64,000 nt of DNA from Camelus ferus. Its lineage: Eukaryota. How positions within the stretch are numbered: position 1 is the stretch's first letter; every line of letters begins with the position of its first letter. The notes below the pieces were generated by a model, which ran no database searches, was not told where the DNA came from, and saw only the letters and a list, made by a program, of their open reading frames with translations. The stretch is from NCBI RefSeq assembly GCF_009834535.1, contig NC_045697.1, positions 95,606,001-95,670,000 of the forward strand. Direction: 5' to 3'. Position numbers and translations under genes: made by a program. Below are positions 29,589 to 41,198 of the stretch, in pieces.

Positions 29589-29940
29589 CATTTTAGGAGG
29601 CACAGCATACATTCATTCTTCAACAATGAGGGATGACAGCCAACATCTGAAGTGGATGTGTGTGAGGTGTAAGGAGAAGCACAAGAGTTCTCAGAGGATC
29701 GTGACATAATGAATTTTGTTTTCAGCTCATGTCCTAAAACACAAATGACCCATCTTAGGTGAAACATTTTAGGAGGCACAGCATACATTCATTCTTCAAC
29801 AATGAGGGATGACAGCCAACATCTGAAGTGGATGTGTGTGAGGTGTAAGGAGAAGCACAAGAGTTCTCAGAGGATCGTGACATAATGAATTTTGTTTTCA
29901 GCTCATGTCCTAAAACACAAATGACCCATCTTAGGTGAAA
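29589..29940. repeat. Perfect head-to-tail duplication, 2 x 176 bp
   Basis: 29589-29764 appears identical to 29765-29940. Confidence 0.97.
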
Positions 29941-30531
29941 CAGGATAATACCATTCTCTTTGATGAAGGATGATAGAAAATGCAGGTCACAGAAAGAAAA
30001 CAGAAAAGAAACAAACATGTAGGTCACAGAGAACAGCTGGAAAACAAAATGTATTCTACATGTTAACACTAATAACAGACCACCGTCTTTATAGAGACTA
30101 GATTATAAGAGACCAGTGCTGTGAATAAAAGGCACATGTGGACTTTGTAAATGGAAAGATTAGGGACTATTCATATCCTTATCAAAGGACTCTAAAAGAC
30201 ATTGGTATCTGAAGGAAGAAGGCAGATAGTTAAAAAAGATGGCACTTAGCACATAGAAAATGAACTTGAATTTTAAAAGAACCAAAGAGGAGAAATGTAT
30301 ATAGATCATTATACACCAGCCATTATCTGGCCCTTAATGGAAAGAAATTAGATGTTTATATAAAAAAAATAGTAAATTTATTACATCTTTAAGTCCCTGA
30401 ATACAGAGTATGTGTTTGGGTTAATGTGTAATTTGCATCTGTGTAATTTTGTTAAGGTGTTTTTAATTCGTTCTTCTCAATGAATTATTTTATTTTACAA
30501 AATGAGTTAACTATTTTTGATACATGCCCAG

Positions 30532-31868
30532 GCAACTAAGGGAGTGAGCTGTACTTGATCATTAAAGATAGGAATTTTCCTCTTGAATAGGAAACACTAA
30601 TCCTTTCCTAATGTTCTTGAGAAATGGCTATTCCTTTGTGGCGTACAGTGATGTATTATGCTACACATGTGTTCAGCATGATAAATCTCACTGAAGTACT
30701 TGGGCTTTACAGTCATGAACTCTGAGTTTTGGCTGTGCCATTAATACCTGTCTGACCTTCGGAAATTACTTAAATTCCCTAAAACTCAATTTACTCTTCT
30801 GTAAAATAAGGATAATATTACCTATCTAATTAACTTGTAATATTTAAATAAGGCAATTTAAAGTCACTTAGAAAATCGTCTGCTAAACGTAAGGAATAAA
30901 CAATACATTTTAAAAAGTTCTATATACAAAAAATATTTTAAATTAAAAATATTGAGTAGATGTATATTTACTTATGTAAAAGTTATCACTCACATTTTCG
31001 TTTGCAGCAATTGTAGTGAAACATAGTTTGTGTCATACCAATTACTGGGGAAAGAACTCTTCTGGGACTTGGAAAGGAGTGTCTTGTTGCATTTCTTGGC
31101 TTGACCCGCATTGGCAGGTAAATCAGGTACTCCTTTAGTCTCCCAAGGTCATTCCTTCCAGTTCTGCATTCTACTTGGTATTCAGGCTTGTGTGCCATCC
31201 TTTGAAGTTGTAGACTTGTCTTATTCCTGATTGATCTTAAGCTTCTTTTAAACTGGAGTGAAGTTTGGGAAACAGTTCTAATCACCAAAGATCTGTTCCC
31301 AAACAGTGTGATTTCCCCCACCTATATTCCATAGGCTTTATATTATAAAAGAAGAATAGAAAACTTTTAAAATATATTAGTGATGTGAAACTTAAATTTG
31401 CAGACTTCTGATTATTCTAGTCATTCTTACGTGATTTTTTGGGAGGAGAAAAGAAAAATAAAACCCTAGGTCTTATGACAACTGCCAGTATTCAACAATA
31501 GAAAATCAGTTACTTACATTTATTTACTTATATACATATATAAAGAATGTTTTTGGAATACTTTGTTTTCTATGTTAAAGAAAATTAGTTTTTTCCTGTA
31601 ATTTTTGTTCTCTTTTAAAAATACAGAGGATAAAATCCTGTCTGTACTTTTTCTTAGTTATAGGGTGCATCTATACTAGAAGGAAATTCTTCAAATTATC
31701 ATTATAGGACAAGATTTTAAAGCACAAATCAGTTTTGAATTATTTTGTACTTTGGCCACTTCAATTTATGGAGGAGAATGCCAGAAACTTACTAAGGGTT
31801 ATTTAAGAACTGTGCTAGAGCGAGGATTTTGACCTGGCTTAAGGACGGGGGTAGATATGAGTATGCAG
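30532..31868 (+). pseudogene. Dynein pre-AAA1 pseudo-exons (~30532-30695, 31008-31117, 31664-31868)
   Basis: AVLDH*R*E/PNVLEKWL; QLLGKELFWDLERSVLL between ttttcgtttgcag and GTAAAT; *KEILQ..ISFEL and NCARARIL..GRYEYAG ending at GCAG|GTGTGT (canonical YGYEYLG motif). Confidence 0.75.
30700..30900. mobile_element. MIR SINE
   Basis: tgtctgaccttcggaaattacttaaattccctaaaactcaatttactcttctgtaaaataaggataata core. Confidence 0.7.
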
Positions 31869-32209
31869 GTGTGTATCACTCTCTTCTTTCACCAAAAGCA
31901 GCATAATAAATACATTATATTACACATTGCTTTTGTACTTAACAAAATATATAAATACATATCCAAACAATCACTGCATGTCAGTTCACAAAGACCTTCA
32001 TTTTTATGCCTGCATTACACCTCCTTTTAAATCTTCTTTTATATTTGTTTATATGTAGTTTGTATTTTTTTCAAGCCACCAATAGATTACTTAAGATATT
32101 TCCAATGATTTGCTATTACAAATGATGCCACCATAAAAACTCCGTGAATGTTATTTCATTTGTATGGATTCCTCAGGGCAAATTTCTAGGACTGAGATTT
32201 TAATTTGCC

Positions 32210-32760
32210 CCTTTGATGGAAGAGCCGTATACTGGGAAGAAATGCTAGGGAGAATCTGTTTTAACCTATAGAAGCCCCACCTGCACCTTCAACCAAGTAA
32301 ACCCTGGTGGTGCATAGAAAACCCCTCCTTTGCAAATGGTTTCCACTTCTACTTAAGGTACTGCGTGGAGGCTACTGAGGGCACTATCTGAATCATTTGA
32401 ATAAGGATTTGCTGACTCAGACATCCTTATCATTTGTCCATAAACATGAAATCCATGTAGGCGGAAAAGTTATTATTAACCTGACCATGAAAAAAATAAG
32501 CAAAAATGAAAACATTGTAGATTCCAATGACAACAAAAGTGTGTTTACTTATTGACAAACTGATGATGAAGTGAGGCTTTTATATAAACAGTAAGTCCTG
32601 CCTTGTTCAATAAAAGCTAAACCAATCAACAATCAACATAATCCTCTTAGGTTGCTTGATAATGGCTTCTGACATTGACATTCCTGGTTTCGTAACCTCT
32701 CATCTTGAAGATTCCGACAAACTTTGTAATATTTTTTAAGCATGTTCTGAAAGGCAAACC
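32210..32760 (+). pseudogene. Dynein AAA1 remnant (Walker A to end of domain)
   Basis: EPYTGKKC*GESVLTYRSPTCTFN (cf. GPAGTGKTET..L...CVVFN); VLRGGY*GHYLNHLNKDLLTQ (cf. GAWGCFDEFNR); IINLTM...NKSVF (cf. FITMNP...LKSLF); GF...SDKLCNIF*ACSE (cf. KLxxxYKLCSEQL). Confidence 0.8.
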
Positions 32761-33437
32761 AAACAAAGGGATTACTGCAACACACTCAGAAGTAAAATGC
32801 ACAATACTACACGACTGTACATGACAGAAAGTAAAGAAACATGTGACATCCAACTGAAACTACATTAAAGATTTAGGGGAACAGGATTACCAAGCTTGGA
32901 ATGCAGCCAGGAGAGGGATAAAGAATTGAGAGTTACCAGAGAGGAATAATGTGGAAATCCTAACTGCTAAGCCGAAACATCAACTTCTGTTACTGATAGA
33001 ACTTTTTTACAGTGAGGGTAAATGTTTTGTGTGTATATATCTATATCTACGCAGGATTTGCTTTCCATTGCAACTGCAACCACAGTGAATAAATATTGCA
33101 TATGAAGATGCACTGCCTAAACTTGCTTAACCTGAGTTGTATTCTTTTCTTTCTTCTAATCCAATTAATTTCATTTCTTTAATAAGTGACTGGTTTCAGA
33201 CTGAATGATAAAATTTTTATTATAAAAATAACTAAAAATGGCATACACTAAAATAACTTTAAAAGTGAATCTTCATAATCTTAATGTTCTAACAAATGGT
33301 TTTCACTACCTGTTTTCTTATCTGTATGTGAGTATTTTATATCATTTTACATACATGTTGTGAAGTAAAATTTTGAAGATATTTCTATTCAAATATTTAT
33401 ATCAAATTTAAATCTATATCATGTAACCTTTTGTAGG

Positions 33438-36400
33438 GATTCTGGGGTCCTATTTGACTGGAGCTAACCATCTAATGTGTTCAGATTGTGAGAGATTTTT
33501 GGTATTTTCATTTTACTGAAAAACATAAAGCAACAGATGATCTCTAATAAGGAAAATCTATAATGTTTATATATCCAAATTCAAAACTTTAAATGATAAA
33601 TCAAGATCTATGCTGACATAAATTGTTCAAGATAGAAAACTGAGTCTCGGAGGAGTTATGTGATGATCTCAGCATTAGCTAGTGGCAAAGTCAGGAGATG
33701 GATTTGCCCCAATTGCTGGTTTTCTATCTAATACAACACACTTCTAAAGGAAAAATATCTAGTTAAATAACACTTTTATCCATTGAAAAACTAGTCTAAA
33801 ATTCTATAGAAGGAAAAGGTTTTGAACAAAATCTTCATACCATTCACTTCACGGCAAAACCCATATCAAGTAGGTGCCAAAGGCACTAATCAGACTACTG
33901 TTTTTAGTGGAAAATGCCATCCAGCTTACTTTTCTTTCTTCAGTGAAGCCTACCCAAAGAAGCCTACCCATAAGGATCAGACCTCTAGATTTATAAATGC
34001 CACCCTCAAAGATCAGACACCATGAGTAGTAAGGACATACATACAGAAGCAAATCATAAACTAGTAGTAGAAGGTGGGAGGGTGACAAGCATTTACAAAA
34101 CAGGTCAACAGCACTGCAGTTCAGTGTGATTGCTTAATACAATAGTACATAGTATTTTGTAGTTAAAAGGTTTGTTCATATGTCCTATTTGCAGTGGTTC
34201 TTAAAAGAGGAGTTAGAAGAATGACAGAGAGCAAGAGAGCCCATTGTTACAGTTCATAAAATTCGGCCTCCCAGCACTGAGCTGTGGGGAGCAGGTGGAG
34301 TATGCATCTAGGATGGACTGAGGTCCACAATATTTAACTGATAAATTCCAACTGTGATAATTTCTTGCAGTAATTATAATCCATCTGTGAGATGACATTA
34401 GGCCACCTACTTTATTAGAAAAAAGCACTATATCATGTGAGTTCCTGTGGCTTTTCTATCAATGTGTTATAATTCAAAAAGACATCCATGATCAAATAAA
34501 TTGCAGAAATGCTGTTGTTAAACAGTCAACATAATGAATAGACTTAGAAGAGGATAATGTATACCTTCTTCAACACAGAAACCTAGTCCTTTATTCACAA
34601 AGCTCTCTTCGTGGTGCACTGTACGTTTGGGTCTTGCTCGCTTTCTTTTAATAATGTTCGTGGAAGGGCATATACCATCTATAGGCATCCATGCAATGTC
34701 AAATCCAATATAGAATGAGAAACAACAGTCTTCTGCTGGCCTCCAAATTATAAAGAGATTTATAGTAGATGATTAAAGAAAATATACCTTAGTTTATGGG
34801 CTATTCAAAAGTATGTTTTTCATTATTGTAGATTTTAGGAAATTATTACAAAAACTAAGACATTCTTCTGTGGTTCAAGTCAATATAATTTTGTTGACAT
34901 AATGAGAACACCTTGTTTTTATTGGTCATGTATTATAAACCTATCTACTAAATGGTCTTTCTCATAGCTTTATTACATCATGTGAGAGTGAAAATGGTGA
35001 TTCTAAAAAACCACATGATGTTTAAATAGGATTAGATTACTAAATAGAATCATGAAGAACAGGGGACTTTTTAAACAGTTTTCATCAAAGCAGTGATGGA
35101 GCTTATTGTTTCTCAGTTTGTTAAAGTTAATCAGGTCATGGCACAATTTCTGCTCTGTGAAAGACTGAATTCTAAGTAATCCAAGCAGCTTGCCACAGAG
35201 CAGATGGTGAGAAAGGGAAATTAGAATCCTCATTTTCAAATGAAATATTTTTATTAGGGAAAAAAATCTAACTTCTATATGGTAATTTATGACTTGTGAA
35301 GAAATATAAAGGTATTCTGTGACGTTTTGGTTCTTTCTTACTTCTTCACATAATTGTACAACCTGGAAAAAAATTTTTACTCTGTTAATTTCCCCTATTT
35401 CTTACATACTGGTATTTCACTTTTAACTGTTATTAGTTCTTCTATGTTGAGCTCATTCTTCCTGTAGTTGGATTTTCTTTTTCATGAGCACACTTTGCTG
35501 AACATGGTTGGGAATTGAATTTGAAATTATATATATAGCTTCTTTTTCCTCATTGAGAATATCTAGAATAAACATAAACTTAGAATTGAACCTCAGAGAT
35601 AATTTGCACAGGGTGGTGGATACCCATTTTTCTTGATATCTAAACAAATGATCATGGATAACATTAAGTTAATTATGTTTGAGTTTTCATCCCACTTCAC
35701 TTAAGCAGGCAAGGAAGGAACTTATCCCATTATCCAATGTTAATAAGGCAACCTTATTAAACATACAGTAAAAGGTAAATGCAAACGCAGTGTCGGGGCT
35801 ACAAATCTGGAATGGGATCTGTAGTTTAATGTGCTGGGAAAGGAAGACCTAGTGTCTACTATGTACAGAGTAGTGCTAGATAGTCCACGTAGATTTGCAT
35901 GATGTTGTGGAGTCCTTCTCATCTCATTAACTCTCCAACTCCAGAACTTGCTTGGTAGAATGCAATAGAGATTAAAACTCTTATGTATAGAATGCTTTAT
36001 GACCTAGTCCCTAATAAAAATAAATGCAGTATAGTTCTTTGGATGTCCAGAATGTAATGTAGGAGTTCATGACCCTGAACAGCATACCAAAACAAAAATA
36101 ACCCATGTCATGTGATAACGGGCTATACGAACATCAACACCGATTCTTAAAACATTATCTGTATAAAGTATTTCAGGATTGCTACCATTATTATTTGTTC
36201 CCAAACAGAGAGGAAAGTTGTTTGTTTTGAAGAGATTAATGTTGGGTCCTGCAAAGGGGGACTGATATAGCCCCCCCCCCTTTTTTTAACATCTTTATCG
36301 TGGTATGGTTTCTGTACAATAAACTACACATAATTATACCTCTTGGGGAGTGAGAGAAATGTTAGCTATCTTGATTGTGGTAGTGGTTTCATTGGTGTAT

Positions 36401-36660
36401 ACACCTATCAAAATTCATGAAAGTATACGTTTGAAATATGTGCAATTTACTGTAGCCTTTCTACTTTTAAACAACTCTTGTGGTTCATAACTGCCATCTC
36501 CAGCTTTACCATCTACTCTTAGCTCTCTAACTAGAGTTAAAACAAGACAATGGATGATGAGAAAGTTGTGATCCTGGAGGCAGAACAGTGATGAGGTCAA
36601 GCAAACATGAGAGTGACCTGGAGATACAGTCGATTAAATTTATAAATTGTGGTTGATTTA
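33438..36660 (+). pseudogene. Dynein AAA2-AAA3 pseudo-exons
   Basis: QIVRDFW (~33480); FLVENAIQL (~33900); VHKIRPPSTELWG...*DGLRSTIF at 34250-34337 (cf. LNPKS..ELYG...W.DGL) with GTGAGT donor at 34437; FIKAV/WSL (~35085); GVHDPEQHTKTKITHV and RFLKHY (36062-36158); HESD/WRYSRL (~36605). Confidence 0.72.
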
Positions 36661-37549
36661 GCCATCTTTTACAAATCAATTTATCTACATCTATGCATTT
36701 TTCTATTTGTCTTTAAAATTCCTTTAAAAATTTAACTTCAGAGAAGGTTTAGACAAACAATGCAAAATTATTGAATTAGTAATTTAGTGTAACTAAACTA
36801 TCCCAATATTAAGAGATTTCAATCACCAAATAATTTTGGAAGAAAAATAAGTCTCTAAAATTCTGTGTAGTTCTTTTATTTCTTTTCATTATATATCATG
36901 TAAGTATGAAAAAAACTGTTTCGGAAAAGTATTATGAAATACTTGTTCTCATGTCTACATATCTAGGAATTTAAAATGTTATTAACTGACATGTTAGTAG
37001 TAGTAAAATATCCATTTCATCATTTGGCTTTAATTAAAATAACTGTCAAATAGCCTATTCTTTTTCTGTAACCCATACTCACTCCCCTACTATTTAAAAA
37101 TACTATTTTAAAACAGAAAAAGTTGCATTTTCTAGTGGTGATGATACAAATAAGGAAGAAATTTCAGTTTATGTCAGTTTTAAAGTGTTCTTTCATGTTA
37201 TATGTTTTCTAGATAAGATTTCAATATTTTTGAGTTAATATTTAGTAAGTTGAATAGAGGTTGAAATTTTCGTAAAACATTTGAAAATGTAAATTTAATC
37301 ATTATGCTTATTTTCTTAAATGTTTTTTTTTCCCCAGAGCCAGGGAAGATTTTTATTTTATTTTTAATTTTTAAATATACGTATATGTACTGTTCGTTTC
37401 TAAGAACAGTTCAGAGCTTTAGTAAACTTACATAGTTATCAAAGGAATAAAGCCAAACACAAAATAAGAATCAACAGAATGAAGTAATCCAATTATAAAG
37501 GACAGTCAAATGTGCTTACACATGTTTTAAAAATCAGTCATCTAAGTTA

Positions 37550-40500
37550 TAAATAATAAGTTCATTTGTATCTTTTTTTTTTAAGATTCTACATATAAGT
37601 GATATTATTTGGCATTTTTCTTTCTTTTTCTGGCTTACTTCACCTACAATGATGATCTCCAGGTCCATCCATGTTGCTGCAGATGGCATTACTTTATTCT
37701 TTCTTATGGTTGAGTAGTATTCCAGTGTATATATATCTCATCTTCTTTATCCAATCATCTGTTGATGGGCATTTGGGTTGTTTCCATGTCTTGGCTATAG
37801 TAAATAATGCTGCTGTGAACATTGGGGTGCATGTGTCTTTTTGAATTATATTTTTCTCTGGGTATATGCCCAGGAGTGGGATTGCTGGATCATATGGTAA
37901 GTCTGGTTTTCCTTTTTCTAAGGAACCTCCATAGTGGCTGTACCAATTTACATGCCCACTAACAGTGTAAGAGGGTTCCTTTTTCTCCACACCCTCTCCA
38001 GCATTTATCATTTGTAGACTTTTTAATGATGGCTATTCTGGCTGGTGTGAGGTGATGCCTCACTGTAGTTTTGATTTGCATTTCTCTAACAATTAGTGAT
38101 GTTGAGCCTCTTTTCATCTGCTTGTTGGCCATCTGTCTTCTTTGGAGTTTTGATTAGGTTGCTTGTTTTTCTGATATTAAGGTGTATGAGCTGTTTGTAT
38201 ATTTTGGAAATTAGTCCCTTGTCGGTCACATCCTATGCTAATATTTTCTCCCATTCTGTAGGTTGTCTTTTCATTTTGTTGATGGTAAGCTTAGCTATGC
38301 AAAAGCTTTTAAGTTTAATTAGGTTCCATTTGTTTATTTTTTGCTTTTATTTCCATTACTCCAGGAGCTAGTTCAAAACTGATTTGTGTCCAGAAGTGTT
38401 CTGCCTATATTTTCCTCTAGGAGTTTTATGGTATCTGGTCTTACATTTAAGTCTTTAATCCATTTTGAGTTTATTTTTGTATATGGTGTTAGAGAATGTT
38501 CTAATTTCAGTCTTTTACAGGCAACTGTCCAGTTTTCTGAGCACCACTTATTGAAGAGACTGTCTTTCCTCCATTGTATATTCTTGCCTCCTTTGTTACA
38601 GATTAATTGACCATAAGCGTGTGGTTTTATTTCTGGGCTCTCTAGTCTGTTTCATTGATCTGTATGTCTGTTTTTTGTGCCAATACCATGCTGTTTCGAT
38701 TGCTGTAGCTCTGTAGTATTCTCTGAAGTCTGGGAGGGTTATTCCTAGAGCTTTTGTTCTTTTTCTTCAGTATTGCTCTGGCAATTCTGGGTCTTTTGTG
38801 ATTTGTATAAATTTTAGGAGTATTTGATCTAGTTTTGTGAAAAATATTCTGGGTAATTTGAAAGAGATTGCATTAAATCTCTAGATTTCTGTGGGTAGTA
38901 TGGCCATTTTAATAATATTAATTCTTCCAATCAAAGAGCATGGGGTATCTTTCCATTTCTTTAAATCATCTTTAATTTCCTTTATCAATGTTTTGCAGCT
39001 CTCAGCATATAAGTATTTCACCTCCTTGGTCAGGTTTATTCCTAAGGTTTTTTTTTTGTTTTGTTTTGTTTTTTTCTTAAAGAGATTGTTTTTTACTTTC
39101 CTTTTCTGATATTTCATTGTTACCATAAAGAAATGCAACTGATATCTGTATGTTAATTTTGTATCCTGCTACCTTGCTGTATTTGTTTATTAGCTCTACT
39201 AGTGTTTTTGTAGTCTTTAGGGTTTTCTATATATAGTATCTTGTCATCTGCATATAGTGAAAATTTTTATTCCATTTTGGACCCCTTTTATTACTTTTTG
39301 TCTGATTGCTATTGGCTAGGATTTCTAATACTTTACTGAATAGAAGTGGTGAAAGCAGGCATCCTTGTTTTGTTCCAGATTTTACTGGGAAAGCTTTGAA
39401 CACTTCATCATTGAGTTTTGTATTGTATGTGGGTTTGTCATAGATAGATTTTCTTATGTTGAGATATGCTCCCTCTGTGCCCACTTTGGTACGACTCTTT
39501 ACCATGAAAGGATGTTGGATTTTATCAAATGCTTTTTCTGCACCTATTGAGAGGATCATGTGGTTGTTGTCCTTTCTTTTGTTGATGAGGTGTATCACAT
39601 TGATTTATTTCTATATGTTGAACCATCCTTGTGACCCTGGGATGAATCCAACTTCATGATAGTGTAGAATCTTTGTATGTGTTATTGGATTTGTTTTGCT
39701 AATATTTTGTTCATAATTTTTGCATATATGTTCATCAGTGATACTGGTATCTAATTGTATTTTTTGGTAGTGTCCTTGTCTGGTTTTGGTATCAGGGTGA
39801 TAGTGGCATCAAAGAATGACTTTGGGAGAATGCCCTCCTCTTCAAACTTTTGGAAGAGTTTGAGAAGGATCAGTTTAAGTTGTTCTTTGCATGTTTGGTA
39901 GAGTTCCCTAGCAAAGCCATTTGGTCATAAACTTCTGTTTGTAGGGAAGTTTTTTATTGCAGATTCTATTTCACTTCTAGTGATGGTCTGTTCAAATTAC
40001 CTACTTTTTCTTGATTCAGTTTTGGTGTACTGTATGTTTTTAGAAACCTGTCCATTTCTTCTAGGTGACCCAATTTGTTGCCATACAATTGTTCATAGTA
40101 TTCTTATTTTTTTTTAATTTCTGTGGAATTGGTTGTAATTTCTTCTCTTTCAGTTCTTATTTTGTTTATTTGGGTCCTGTCGTCTTCTTGGTGAGACTAA
40201 TCAAATGTGTTGGTGTTTTTTTTTTTTTTCCTTATGTTTTTAATCTCTATTTTATTTATTTCCTCCTTGATCTTTATTTCTTTCCTTCTGCTGACTTTAG
40301 CTATTGTTTGTACTTCTGTTTCTAATTTTTTTGGGTGTAGGATACATTGGTTATTTGAGATTGTTGTTTTTTGAAGAAGGCCTCTATCGCTATGAACTTC
40401 CTTCTTAGGATTGCTTTTGCTGCATCCCGTAGATTTTGTGTTTCCATTGTCACTTGTCTCAAGGTATTTAATTTCCTGTTTGATTTTATTGTTGACAAAT

Positions 40501-41198
40501 TGATTTTTTTTTTAGTAGCAGGTTGTTTAGACTCCAATCATTTTTCTCCTTTCTCTTTTTGTGGTTGATTTCTGGTTTCATTCCTTTGTGTCAGAAAAGA
40601 TCCTTGAAATATTTCTATCCTTTTATATTTGTTAAGGATTGTTCTGTGTCTGAGTATATAGTCTAGGCTAGAGAATGTTCCATGTGCACCTGAAAAGAAT
40701 GTATATTCTGGTTTTTTTCTTAATGTAAAGTCCTGAAAATATCAATTAAGCCTAACTATTGTATTGTGTAATTTAAGATCTCTGTTGTCTTATTGATTTG
40801 CTGTCTGTAAGATCTGTCAATTGATGTTAGTGGGGTGTTAAAACCTCCTACCATTACTGTATTTCCATCAATTTCTCCCTTTATGTCTTGTAGTATTTGT
40901 TTTATGTATCTTAGTGCTCCTACATTGGGTGCATGTATGTTAACAAGTATAATAACTTCTTGTATTGATCCTTTTATCATTATATGTTGTCTTTCTTTAT
41001 CTTTCTGGCCTTTTTAAAAAAATCTGTTTTGTTTGATATGAGTATTGCTACCCCTGCCTTCTTGTCATTTCCATTTGCATGAAATATCTTTCCATCCCCT
41101 CCTGTTCAACCTATGTGTGCCCTTTGCCCTAAAGTGGGTCTCTTGTAGGCAGCATATTGTAGGCTCTTGTTTTATTATCCAATCAGCCATTCTGTTCC
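37550..41198 (-). mobile_element. L1 copy A: 3'UTR plus most of ORF2, truncated within the endonuclease region, disrupted
   Basis: Minus ORFs [52 protein letters not shown]. Confidence 0.95.

Noticed and set aside
29588..30069. Two similar minus ORFs or a CRISPR-like array
   Set aside because: Produced by the 176-bp duplication; there are no spacers and the DNA is eukaryotic.
30986..31321. 111-aa minus ORF
   Set aside because: GTG start, no recognisable homology; overlaps a + strand dynein remnant with good splice sites.
32625..32853. Minus-strand terminal-exon-like frame (NMLKKYYKVCRNLQDERL...)
   Set aside because: No recognisable protein or partner exons; it is antisense to the + strand AAA1 remnant, which explains the sequence better.
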